DNA of 23,543 nt from Octopus sinensis (lineage: Eukaryota): positions 1 through 23,543 of the forward strand of contig NW_021836564.1 in NCBI RefSeq assembly GCF_006345805.1. Reading direction: 5' to 3'. The position numbers and the translations under genes were made by a program. The notes beneath the pieces were generated by a model, which saw nothing but the letters and a program-made list of their open reading frames with translations, was not told where the DNA came from and ran no database searches. This document shows positions 1 through 10,276 of this stretch, piece after piece (position 1 is the stretch's first letter; each line of letters starts with the position of its first letter).

Positions 1-231
1 GAGAAATATCACCTCTAGGTGAACGCATACAAAGTGAACGTTAAGGAGAAATATAATACTCAAACAAAAATCAGTTTAGTTAGATGATGTCAGTAGATAA
101 CGAAAGAATAAGAAAATAAACATATAAATTTTACATCTCGGCAGTTAATTATCTATAAAATATGCTAAAAAATGTTTAGAAAAATTATACATTATTAGAT
201 TATGGGAAAAGCAGTTATAATTATTAATGGC

Positions 232-598
232 TTATTTATTCTCGAAATATTTAAATTCTTTTCTGTGTTTATTAGAACAGCTCAATGTAGAATTATGTCT
301 ACAATTTAACAATTCTAATTTAGAAGTAATTATATAATACATTTCCTCAAGGCAAAGATCACATTTAAAATTAGCAGTATTATACGATGATGCGTAACTA
401 ATAATGGACCACATTATATCATAGTTAATGTTTCTGTCTTTTGAAATCCCAAATGCATTTACTGGAATTCGTAAGGTTATATTTTTCCAAACTTAAATAA
501 AGAACTGTTATGTAATTTAAATTTACAAATTGTAGCGAAGAATCTATGTAATAAAACGTAGCATTCTTTGTAATGAACTTACATTGATATAATATATT
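232..598 (-). pseudogene. Penelope-like element GIY-YIG endonuclease remnant (one frameshift near 440)
   Basis: Manual minus-strand translation: NILYQCKFITKNATFYYIDSS (degenerate GIY...YIG), then LEKYNLTNSSKCIWDFK, a frameshift, and DRNINYDIMWSIISYASSYNTANFKCDLCLEEMYYIITSKLELLN..CSNKH. This matches the recalled C-terminal EN pattern of PLEs (SKYIWxLK...IKWxI...CxLCLxEK..I...LN...CRH). Confidence 0.8.
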
Positions 599-1141
599 TT
601 TCTTTAAACACTAGTTTTCTATTTCGTTTTTAGATCTGGTTTGCAAGATTCTATATATGAGAGAGTCAAGACTACTGAAAAGGTTGCAAGACGCAACGAA
701 AATTTTAGGAAAATAAAAATAAGAAAAAAGTAGAAATTTTACCGGTGAGTGTGTTACATTATAAGGCACAAAAAGAAAATTACTCTGCCCAGACACAACA
801 GATAATTTACAGATAATTTTATTTTTGAAATACAGAGGAATCTATTCATTCGTATATGGTGCTCATGGTTAACAGAATTAGTACTAATTCTCCTCTCAGA
901 ACAGTAGGGGATACTGCAGTATCATTCGCAGTAATATAATCAAATATTATGATTAGGGGTTATCAAGTAAAGATGTGGTTATTTCCATTCTTGTTTTTGT
1001 TATACTCTAAATATCTTCAAATTCTAAGCGATGTTGGGATTAACTTGCGATGATAATTCTCCTTGCATTCATTGGCACCAAATTCGTTTAACACTGAGTG
1101 TTTTATAGATGTCTGTATGGATTTATCAATCCCTTTTACTT

Positions 1142-1188
1142 ATATAAATACATACATACACAAACACATACTCACATACACACACACT

Positions 1189-1224
<36 letters not shown>

Positions 1225-1330
1225 CAAACATATACCCACACACAAACATATATACATGTATGCATCCTTATACACACACGCACCTACGTATGCTTGTACG
1301 TAAACACTCTCACACAGACGCAGTAATCTG
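1142..1330. repeat. Compound (CA)n/(TA)n microsatellite region
   Basis: Directly visible; purest (TA)n at about 1198-1223. Confidence 0.9.
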
Positions 1331-1426
1331 TTACTGCATTTACCTAGCATACTTAGTTGTTTAGATTACCTGTGAAATAAACACCCAGACTTTATATATG
1401 TGCAATGTTGTGTGTGTATGTATATT

Positions 1427-1469
<43 letters not shown>

Positions 1470-1551
1470 AATTGCAGCGTGGAAGGTGTTTGTAAGCCAT
1501 TTAAGAACACACACAAAAGCCGTTAGATTCACTTCAACATTTAAGTTTAAT

Positions 1552-1600
1552 TTGTCAAAATATTTTCGTCGCTTTAAGACCGCGACCTGTTCACTGACAA
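1552..1600 (-). ncRNA. Hammerhead-like motif, variant core GUGAACA (G3-C8)
   Basis: Minus strand: TTGTCA-GTGAACA-G-GTCGC(GGTCTTAAA)GCGAC-GAAA-ATAT-TT-TGACAA. Stem I 6 bp, stem II 5 bp, palindromic stem III (AATATT). One extra G after A9 and a weak UUU cleavage triplet. Confidence 0.45.
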
Positions 1601-1645
1601 AAATCCGTGCTGCATCCGTGCTGCAACTCAGATGCAGCACGATTT

Positions 1646-1692
1646 TTTTCAGTGAACAGGTCGCGGTTAAAGCGACGAAAATATTTTGACAA
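1646..1692 (+). ncRNA. Second copy of the G3-C8 hammerhead-like motif (stem I mismatch)
   Basis: TTTTCA-GTGAACA-G-GTCGC(GGTTAAA)GCGAC-GAAA-ATAT-TT-TGACAA. Confidence 0.35.
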
Positions 1693-1829
1693 ATTAAACC
1701 TAAATGTTGAAGTGAATCTAACGGCTTTGGTGTTTCTCAAATGGCTTACAAACACCTTCCACGCTGCAATTGTTTTCGTTTCAGCACACGATCTCAGATC
1801 AAATCACTTGCTATGCAAGTACATCTCCG

Positions 1830-1880
<51 letters not shown>

Positions 1881-2752
1881 ATATATTGATATGATAGATA
1901 TGATAGATATTCCATATTTTTATTACCAGATATTGATTGGTATCAACGGTTTTATAAGCGTATTCACACATACATCCACAGAAACCTCCCACACACAAAT
2001 GCACACATGTATTTACACGTGTTTGTGTGTGTGTGGAAGTGTGTATTTCTGTGTGTATACACGTACGCAAACATTTATGGATGAAAGGAAGGATACACAC
2101 AGAGAGACAGGAATATACATACACATACACATATATGCATTTATGTGTCTATGTTCGTCTGCATGTGATGTAAGTGTTTGTGTGTGTATATGCGTGCGTG
2201 CGTGTGTGGTGGGGTGGTTGATATATGTGTGTGTTTGTGAGATAGTAATTCTATCTTTTTGTTTTTACTCATCTCACCTGGCTTTTCATATAAAATTTCA
2301 GTCAGTCTCTCTTGTATACACTCACCTGGTTACATCGAATTTGTTATTACTTTTCTGCAACTTCATATGATATATTAGTGTTCATTGTTTTAGTTGCCTG
2401 AAGCTAAAGGACATAGAATATCTCCACCACTTCCACCACTTAAATCCACTTCCAAATTCGAGAGATTTTCAAAGAGTGGATTTCGTTATCGATCGATATA
2501 ATTCTGCTATGTCGAAATGTAAAAGATATAAGAGATTACATTACCAACACTACTGAACGAGATCAAGGCAGGTTCCTGACGATGCCATAAAGAATATTTT
2601 GGTAAATAATCGATCTACGTATTTCAATACATTTTTCAATAATCTCGCTCATATATTATCACGAGGTTCCTATCGATCACTCGTTCGAACAATCACAACG
2701 ACACGACAAAACAAAGCTAAAATTTTAATAAAGCTGACCTTCTGATTCATAT

Positions 2753-2987
2753 ACTCTTTTACTCTTTTACTCTTTTACTTGTTTCAGTCATTTGACTGCG
2801 GCCATGCTGGAGCACCGCCTTTAATCGAGCAACTATTCCCCGGAACTTATTCTTTTGTAAGCCCAGTACTTATTCTATCGGTCTCTTTTGCCGAACCGCT
2901 AAGTGACGGGGACATAGACACACCAGCATCGGTTGTCAAGCAATGCTATGGGGACAAACACAGACACACAAACACACACACGCATAC

Positions 2988-3024
<37 letters not shown>

Positions 3025-3194
3025 CATATATACGATGGGCTTCTTTCAGTTTCGTCTACCAAATCCACTCACAAGGCTTTGGTCGGCCCGAGGCTATAGT
3101 AGAAGACACTTGCCAAAGGTGCCACGCAGTGGGACTGAACCCGGAACCATGTGGTTGGTAGACAGGCTACTTACCACCAGCCACTCCTGCGCCT
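2753..3194 (-). mobile_element. tRNA-derived SINE, family A, full length
   Basis: Minus-strand head AGGCGCAGGAGTGGCTGGTGGTAAG...GGGTTCAGTCCC (A/B-box-like), internal CA/TA microsatellite, (AAAAGAGT)3 tail. Related copies at 5399, 6263, 14992 and 23068. Confidence 0.88.
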
Positions 3195-3206
3195 ATATAT
3201 ATACAT

Positions 3207-3241
<35 letters not shown>

Positions 3242-3474
3242 TATAATATCTTATACTGTATTGATATGTCTGCATGTATGCATGTGTATATGTATGCATT
3301 CTTGAGAAACGAAAGGAAGAGGCACTTAACACAAATTTGTAGGGCCTCCATGTATTAATATTTAAAACAGTTTGATTCGGATCCATGCAACTCAAAGTTT
3401 TGCGAACATCTAACAGAAACTTATCCCGTTCAGATTCAGGTTATCAAATGAAGAAACACAGAAAATCCAAGATG

Positions 3475-3508
3475 GCTACTGGAAAATTGTAGCCCATTTT
3501 CCAGTAGC
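3475..3508. repeat. Short perfect inverted repeat (13-bp arms, 8-nt loop)
   Basis: GCTACTGGAAAAT-tgtagccc-ATTTTCCAGTAGC. Confidence 0.9.
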
Positions 3509-3610
3509 ACTCTTTGAATCCTTATGTATCTTCATTCGGTAATCTAAACCTTAACGAGACAGATTTTCGTTAAATGCCCGTGAAACTTTTAGTAGCACAG
3601 AGCCGATTTT

Positions 3611-3880
3611 TTTTCTTTCGAGTAACCTATTTTCAAGTTCTTGGAGTAATTTTCCCTGGCTGTCGAGATTGGGCAGACTTGTGCAAATTCTTCTTCCCAA
3701 GTGAAACATTATATTGATTTTAGTGCGTTTTGGATGATAGGAAGAGAATCGTAGATATTATTGTGAATATGTTGGTTTAAACTAGATGTCGGTTTCTATG
3801 TTAGTGTCTCATTCTATGATTTGGGTGTCAAAAAAGGGTATCGGTTTTGGACTCTATTCCATCATAGCTTTGATGCTGTT
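3611..3880 (-). pseudogene. Penelope-like element reverse transcriptase C-terminal/thumb remnant
   Basis: One frame with 4 stops: NSIKAMME*SPKPIPFFDTQIIE*DTNIETDI*FKPTYSQ*YLRFSSYHPKRTKINIMFHLGRRICTSLPNLDSQGKLLQELENRLLERK. This matches the recalled PLE pattern IKFTME...LPFLD...TDIYYKPT...YL.F.S.HP...NIP..LARRIC. Confidence 0.82.
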
Positions 3881-3961
3881 GAGTTGTCTTTTTCTTTTTC
3901 TGTTAAATCTTTTACGGAACTGTTGGATGAAGGTAGTAAGTCACTTCGTTATTTTGCGTTT

Positions 3962-4103
3962 TGAGTTCAAATTTGACCGTGGTTCACTTTAACTTTCGTC
4001 CTCACAGAGTCGATGAAAATACCAGTTGAACACTGGGGTCGATGTAATTGACTAGTCACCTCCCGTAAAAAAATCTTGTGGCTTTGTGCCCATAGCAGAA
4101 AGG
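3962..4103 (+). mobile_element. SINE family D fragment (3' part)
   Basis: Similar to the reverse complement of 18886-19020 (…gtcgat…aaata…ccagttgaacactggggtcgatgtaat…ttgtgcc). Confidence 0.7.
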
Positions 4104-4119
4104 TTTATACATAAGTGTG

Positions 4120-4205
4120 TGTATTCAATTATACGCACACACGCACATACACACACATGCACACGCCCACAATGTTGTATGTATGTATGTATGTATGTAT
4201 GTATG

Positions 4206-4248
<43 letters not shown>

Positions 4249-4300
4249 ATATATACATATATATATGTGTGTGTGCGTGTGGTGTGTGTGTGTGTGTATT
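4120..4300. repeat. Compound CA/TATG/TA/TG microsatellite
   Basis: Directly visible. Confidence 0.9.
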
Positions 4301-4835
4301 AATGTGTGATAATATCACAAGGGACACAAATACTATTAAAATATATTGAGAACTAAAATATAGCGTGAAATATCTATATTTAGATTAATTCTATACGTTT
4401 ATAAATCACTTTATTTCACCATAAATGGTTAATTCATATTTTTAATGATTACAAAATAGCACTATCAGATGCGAAAGCAACAAAAGTGGCATGGAATAAT
4501 ATTGCAAATCGTTTTACTAGAGAAATAATGTAACATAAGGTCAGACGGGGCTTCAGGAAAATTTCAGCAACCATAAAATAGAATTAAAAAATCACAACAA
4601 AAATCAGAGACGAATAAAAAAATCTTTAATATGAAATCATTAAAAATAACTTTAGGAATATATATGAAGAGTAAAATGATTAGCTAAAGTAGAGGTTGAT
4701 ATGCATGCAAGAGGAATATTAAGAATGGAGATGGAAAATTTTTACTGCGTATGTATGAATGTATAAGTTTATGTTGCTTTTCTACACATATATATGCTCA
4801 TATGTGTATAGGGTAGTTCTCATACATATGAACAC

Positions 4836-4873
<38 letters not shown>

Positions 4874-4874
4874 T

Positions 4875-4927
<53 letters not shown>

Positions 4928-5105
4928 TATATAGATATATATATATATGTATATAGATATATATATATAGATATATATAGATATATATATATATATATAT
5001 AACATATATACATATATATAATATATATATATATGTATATATGTTATATATACTATACATATGACCTATAATATATATGAATATAGGATATATATAGATA
5101 TAGAT
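4836..5105. repeat. Long interrupted (TA)n tract
   Basis: Directly visible. Confidence 0.95.
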
Positions 5106-5300
5106 AATATTCTATGTTTATATACGGAATAGTCGTTGGAATATATGAATAACGTATATACTTAGGTATATATGTATTAGTTTATGTACGATCGTATACC
5201 ATATATTATATGCATGTATATATGCATATAATATACAATAATGTATGTTGTATGTATGTATGCAATAATAACATGTATGTATGAGTATGCAGAGAATGGC

Positions 5301-5303
<3 letters not shown>

Positions 5304-5344
<41 letters not shown>

Positions 5345-5385
5345 GATAGATAGATAGTAGATAGATAGATAGATAGATAGATAGA
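5304..5385. repeat. (TA)n followed by (GATA)n
   Basis: Directly visible. Confidence 0.95.
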
Positions 5386-5398
5386 GATGTGAATGTAC

Positions 5399-5548
5399 CT
5401 TTGTGCCTGTGTTTGCCCATCGCTTGACAACAGGTGTTGGTGTGTTTATGTCCCTGTAACTTAGTACTGGAGTCGATTCGTTCGAGTATACTTCTTTAAG
5501 TCGGTGCCCCAGCATGGTCGCAGTTTAACGACTGAAATATGCGATAAG
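5399..5548 (+). mobile_element. SINE family A, 3' half
   Basis: …cgcttgacaacaggtgttggtgtgtttatgtccctgtaacttag…gccccagcatggtcgcag…gactgaaat matches the reverse complement of the 3' halves at 2753-2950 and 6263-6450. Confidence 0.75.
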
Positions 5549-6262
5549 CCATGGATAAAAAGCTGTGTATTAGCGCATATTTTCTTCAATCGATGACTTT
5601 GATTCCTTTAGCTTTGCTTACCTGCAAAGCAATTTTTTCAAAAGCAATTGTTGAAAATATTGTCAATACTCGACAATTTATTAAAAAATAGATTGTTTTT
5701 CTGAATTATATTGGCTACCATAGAATAACGATTTTTTAAAAAAAATAATGTTTCTTCTAGCTATATATTTCTAAGTATCATTCACATCGCGTCAACGCTA
5801 TCCTCTATTTTATCGAAGTTATTTTTATCTCAAATTATCTCCGGTTTTATGGGGGGGGGGTTGAGGGTGATAATTTTCATTATCTTAGATTTTTATGATT
5901 TTTTAAAAAACTTTATGTCAATCGCTTTATGATAAATTTCTTTGTTTGCGTATTTTTCTGGTTCTTTTTTGCTTTCTCGCTATTTCTCACTTGAACTGAT
6001 GAAGATGCCACGCGGCCCATGGTTTCTCGTATAAAACATTTTATTACTGTTTTAACCTTTGTCATTCGTGCATTCAATATTTGAGATTAAAATTTTAAAG
6101 CATTTATCTATAAATTTCAAAGTATTTATCTTAAGCACTTCTCTATCTTATGATGAAAAAACGCTAGTCTTTGTAAGCTTATTGGCTTATTTATAATTAT
6201 ATAGACACACACAGAAACCCATATCTATGTTTAAATGTGCTACGCTTTAAGAATATCATTTT

Positions 6263-6650
6263 TTCTTTTACGTGTTTCAGTCATTAGACTGCGGCCATGC
6301 TGGGGCACCGCCTTGAATAACTTTAGTTGAACGAATTGATCTCACTATTTATTGTTTTTCTAAAGCCTGTTATTTATTTCAAAGGTTTCTTTTACCGAAG
6401 CGCTAAGTTACTGGAATATAAACACGCCAACACCGGTTGTCAGTCGGTGTTGGAAAGCAAGCACATACACAAAGAGACATGCTCATAGATATATATACAT
6501 ATATATGACGGGCTTCTTTCAGTGTCCGTCTTTCAAATCCACTCACATGGCTTTAGTCAGCTCGAGGCTATAGTAGCCAAGTAGCAGGACGGAACTAAGA
6601 ATCATGTGCTTGGGAAGCAAATTCCTTGCCACACAGCCACGCCTGCGCCT
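6263..6650 (-). mobile_element. tRNA-derived SINE, family A
   Basis: Head AGGCGCAGGCGTGGCTGTGTGGCAAG. Shares gactgcggccatgctgg, gggcttctttcagt and aaatccactcac blocks with 2753-3194. Confidence 0.85.
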
Positions 6651-6727
6651 AATTTTATATACAATATATATATAAAGACAGACAGACAGAGAAGCAGGCA
6701 GGCAAGCAGGCAGATAAATAGATAGAT

Positions 6728-6731
<4 letters not shown>

Positions 6732-6768
<37 letters not shown>
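6732..6768. repeat. (GA)n microsatellite preceded by GACA/GGCA/GATA repeats
   Basis: Directly visible. Confidence 0.95.
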
Positions 6769-6771
<3 letters not shown>

Positions 6772-7324
6772 TGGAATTCAAATGCCCACAGCTATTTAAT
6801 ATCTTGGGAAAAAAACCTTAGAGCTCTACATGAAGAGCGGGTAGACGTTTTGAAGAAGCAGCTTGACTTTCAGCTGTTCAAAATCACAACAGAAATTACA
6901 CCCGAAGCCATGCTAATAAATTAGGAGTAAAATTTAGGACTTCTCGGTTTTCTGAGAATCGATTTTGATCAAACTTCTTCGCAGCTGGTTTGTACACTAT
7001 GGCAACACCATTGTCATGTTTTCAGTATTCTGTGAAACGTTCTTTCTTTTTTATTTCAGATTATTCAGTTTTTCAGTGAAACAGGCTAATAGCTTTTGAA
7101 TGAAAATAGCCGATCTGGACATTTTGTTTTCGGAGAATGAAAGGCAATAATACATATTAAGCATACATTAAGTATATATTTAACAGAAAACCATAATATT
7201 ATTGTAACATTTATTGACAGAATCAATTATTTAGCCACATGACCGCCATTTGGACGGATAACTTCAAACACCCTATTAGTCATTGAATCTGTCAATATTT
7301 TAATAGTAGCATGTTGGACTGTCT

Positions 7325-7684
7325 CTGCTGCTGCTGTTGCTGTTGCTGTCGAGCGGTCCGAAGCGTGGTCTTATGCTATTCGTAAGACCCGCAGAAGAGA
7401 AAGCAGGTCAACCCCCGACACCGAGAGCATCGATGGATGGATAATTGCGCATCCAGGCTCAGCGGTTGCGTAGGAAGTCGGGGACAGGAAATAGGAAGAA
7501 AGAGTGAGAGAGAAAGTTGGGGCGAAAGAGTACAACAGGGGTTGCCACCACCCCTTGCCGGAGCCTCGTGGAGCTTTAGGTGTTTTCGCTCAATAAACAC
7601 ACACAACGCCCGGTCTGAGAATCGAAACCGCAATCCTCCGACCGCGAGTCCGCTGCCCTAACCTCTGGGCCATTACGCCTCCAC
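7325..7684 (-). mobile_element. tRNA-derived SINE, head B, with (CAG/CAA) tail
   Basis: Head GTGGAGGCGTAATGGCCCAGAGGTTAGGGCAGC...GGTTTCGATTCTC (A/B-box-like); CAGCAACAGCAACAGCAGCAG tail. Approximate TSD TGTCTCTG(C/T)TGC at 7320 and 7685. Confidence 0.88.
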
Positions 7685-7776
7685 TGTCTCTGTTGCAGCT
7701 TTGATGGGCGCCCATAAGACATGTTTACTGCCCTGTTTCACAATTATATATATATATATATATATAAATATAATGG

Positions 7777-8056
7777 GTGGAGGCGGAATGGCCCAGTGGT
7801 TAGGGCAGCGGATTCGCGGTCGTAGGATTGCGGTTTCGATTCCCAGACCGAGCGAAAACACCTAAAAAAGCTCCTCGAGGCTCCGACAGGGGGTTGTGAT
7901 CCCTGCTGTACTCTTTCACCAATCCTTCTCCCACTCTTTCTTCTGTTGGCCTGCTCGCTTAGCCAGCGGGGTGGCGTCATTCAAAGGCTAAAACAATGCG
8001 AACGTATTGTGACCAGCGATGTGTAACATGGTCTGGTCGGTCACGTGATCACGTTA
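7777..8056 (+). mobile_element. tRNA-derived SINE, head B, different tail
   Basis: A box TGGCCCAGTGG and B-like GGTTTCGATTCC; tail …cattgtgaccagcgatg…tcacgtgatcacg. Direct repeat ATATAATGGGTG at 7768-7779 and 8060-8071. Confidence 0.88.
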
Positions 8057-9267
8057 TATATATAATGGGTGAGGGGAGTTGTGTGTGAATATGTTTTCAC
8101 GCCTGCTTAGTAAATCACTCCGAGCTTTTCGATATTGGTCTAGCGTCATCCTTCATCATTAATATAATAGATTTACTCTATTAAAATGCGGTAATTCAAG
8201 ATATTTGGAAGATCCCGGAAATTTCATTAAGACTTATTCCGGTGCCATCACCCTCTGTGATTACTGAAGAAACGATGAACAATTTTAATCTTGGGAATTA
8301 ATGGAGAAAGGAATTCACGTTAATAAGGGAACTTTCTTTTAACTTTAGGCTGATTTGATCGCAAGCTCTTTATTTCATTTCCTCACTTCCGTTCACTTTT
8401 CTCTACAGGAGAGATTCTTAAAATCAATAAATTTATATTCTTCATTTTATGGTCAGCTTATTACAAAACAAAAATTGCGAAAACTTGCTTGGCTGAAATA
8501 TTGATTTCTTTCTTGTCACAAGACTAAGTTTATGAAGGAAAAGATCAGTCTCAGTTCATTCGATTCCAAATACCATTTCAGTCCAAAACAAGCAGGCCTA
8601 TAACAAAGACATTCTAGCCGTGACCACTCCAGTCTTGCCTCAGCTAAAACACCTCTATATACTTTATTATCATTTTTCAAGTTCCTATTTTAGATTCTGA
8701 TAAATCCCACACCAGTGCCACGCATCTTGCTTTGTATTATGAAAACTGTACTGAATATTGATTTTCATAAACTGTCTACAATATTCTATATTTTATTTGA
8801 CGTAAAACTTCGAAAATTTTGGCGTTGATGTCATTGTAAGAAATATTAATGGCATCGTTGAACTGAAATGGTTTCAAGTGGGAATTGTATTAACATCAAG
8901 AATTTACGATTCCGGGTACTTATACCCGGTTTAGTCACTATTACAGTTTTTTGAAGATACATAAATATACTTTAGTAGTAAAATCACACTTTATATTTGA
9001 ACTTATTTTCTTGTTTTGACAGAAATGTCATTCTTTGATGGAAAGAAATGAAGGCTGCCACTTTAAGAGACTACTATTTTAAGTAATTTCTTTTACAGAG
9101 CAAGCCAACTCCTACTGGATTTGAACTTCTACGGGAAAGACTAAAATACGAAATATTTAATGCTTTAATCTCTACTTCTATTCGGTGCAGCAAACAAAAA
9201 GTCCATGCTTTCACGTCCAAATATACAGAAACGCGTTAAATGTAACTGGTCATAGATTTCATCCAAG

Positions 9268-9521
9268 GCTGCTTAGTGCGCCTGTTCTAAAGGGTGCTTG
9301 TACTTAATTCATTCAACGCTGCTTAGGGCGCTTGTACTTAATTCATTCAACGCTGCTTAGGGCGCTTGTACTTAATTCATTCAACGCTGCTTAGTGCGCC
9401 TGTTCTTGATTCATTCAACGCTGCTTAGGGCGCTTGTACTTAATTCATTCAACGCTGCTTAGTGCGCCTGTTCTTGATTCATTCAACGCTGCTTAGGACG
9501 CTTGCTCTTAATTCATTCAAC
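9268..9521. repeat. 34-bp minisatellite: 6 full units plus partial units, two variants
   Basis: A = GCTGCTTAGGGCGCTTGTACTTAATTCATTCAAC; B = GCTGCTTAGTGCGCCTGTTCTTGATTCATTCAAC. Unit starts at 9318(A), 9352(A), 9386(B), 9420(A), 9454(B), 9488(A'). Confidence 0.97.
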
Positions 9522-9610
9522 CTTCACAAACCTTTTCGCACATCAGTAAATATATCGCTTGATATTCTAATATAAGAGCGATCAGTTCTTAGTGACCATG
9601 AACGAGGTTC

Positions 9611-9663
9611 GCTATACGCAGCTGATGAGGCGTAACGACGCAGAAATAAATATGTCTTATAGT
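9611..9663 (+). ncRNA. Degenerate hammerhead-like motif
   Basis: CTGATGA (9622-9628), G-GCGT(AACG)ACGC-A, GAAA, TAAATATG, TC. G.A mismatch at the base of stem II; stem I (GCTATA/TATAGT) forms only with a bulge. Confidence 0.3.
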
Positions 9664-9720
9664 ACAAAGACGTCCTTCGTGTCTAAACAGTGTGTTTACA
9701 CCCATATTTTCTATAAGCAG

Positions 9721-9824
9721 AATTTCTTCTCTCGAGACAACGCAAGCAGCATATTTCCTTTCCACATCCACGAACATATTTAATCGGACTGTTCATTATT
9801 ATAAAATCCCGATCCCCATGGAAA
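9721..9824 (+). other. Candidate internal exon (unknown gene or lncRNA)
   Basis: Acceptor ttttctataagcag and consensus donor GTAAGT. Two frames are open (ISSLETTQAAYFLSTSTNIFNRTVHYYKIPIPME or FLLSRQRK…SPWK). No recognisable homology. Confidence 0.3.
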
Positions 9825-9923
9825 GTAAGTTCTTGACAAATGTTCATGTGATTCTCTTGGGTATCCTATTAGTGTTGTAAACTGAGGGAAAATAATTGAT
9901 TGTGAATTTTCTTTATGTTTTAG

Positions 9924-9952
9924 ACATTCCTGTTGATCAATAAGTCAAATAT
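9924..9952 (+). other. Candidate micro-exon
   Basis: Acceptor ttttctttatgttttag and donor GTAAGC; would define a 99-nt intron (9825-9923). Confidence 0.22.
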
Positions 9953-10276
9953 GTAAGCTCATCTACTCAATTTGTAATTCTGTGCGTAAAATTACATTTT
10001 CTAAAAAATATAGTCAACGTAGTATTCAAGTGCAAAGTTAAGATTTGTTATATTAAAAGTTAAAATTTGTTATATTAAGTCAAATATTATTCGAGCCTTC
10101 AATCTTTGTGTCTAAACCAGATCGGAAAATACATTTTATACCAGTTTATCAAATGACGTGTATTGTGAGCCAATGGCGTTGATACAAAATTCAGCTTTTG
10201 ATTCCAGATTCAATACACAATATAATTGCAATCTAAGTTGATTTAAATCAATTAAATTTTGATTGATTTTTCTCAG

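Larger units (their letters stand above)
1466..1775. repeat. Long near-perfect inverted repeat (about 150-bp arms, 14-nt loop)
   Basis: 1466-1616 (aaacaattgcagcgtggaagg...gtgctgcatc) is the reverse complement of 1631-1775 (gatgcagcac...ccttccacgctgcaattgttt), with a few substitutions and indels. Loop 1617-1630. Confidence 0.97.
1466..1831. mobile_element. Head-to-head pair of PLE-type terminal modules embedded in (TA)n
   Basis: Inverted duplication carrying an HHR-like fold near the centre of each arm; (TA)n on both flanks; the right copy extends to about 1831. The PLE assignment is inference. Confidence 0.55.

Noticed and set aside
6769-6924. Protein-like open frame (SWEKNLRALHEERVDVLKKQLDFQLFKI…)
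   Set aside because: No start codon or good acceptor (preceded by (GA)n) and no recognised homology.
7600-7860. tRNA-like sequences with A/B boxes (also at 19640-19715 and 3120-3194)
   Set aside because: They continue into SINE bodies and tails with TSDs and do not form a complete cloverleaf; they are SINE heads, not tRNA genes.
9228-9237. GAAACGCGTT, an HHR-like 3' half with a palindrome
   Set aside because: No upstream core or stem II.
9268-9521. CRISPR-like appearance of 34-bp repeats
   Set aside because: The units are contiguous with no unique spacers, there are no cas genes, and the context is eukaryotic.
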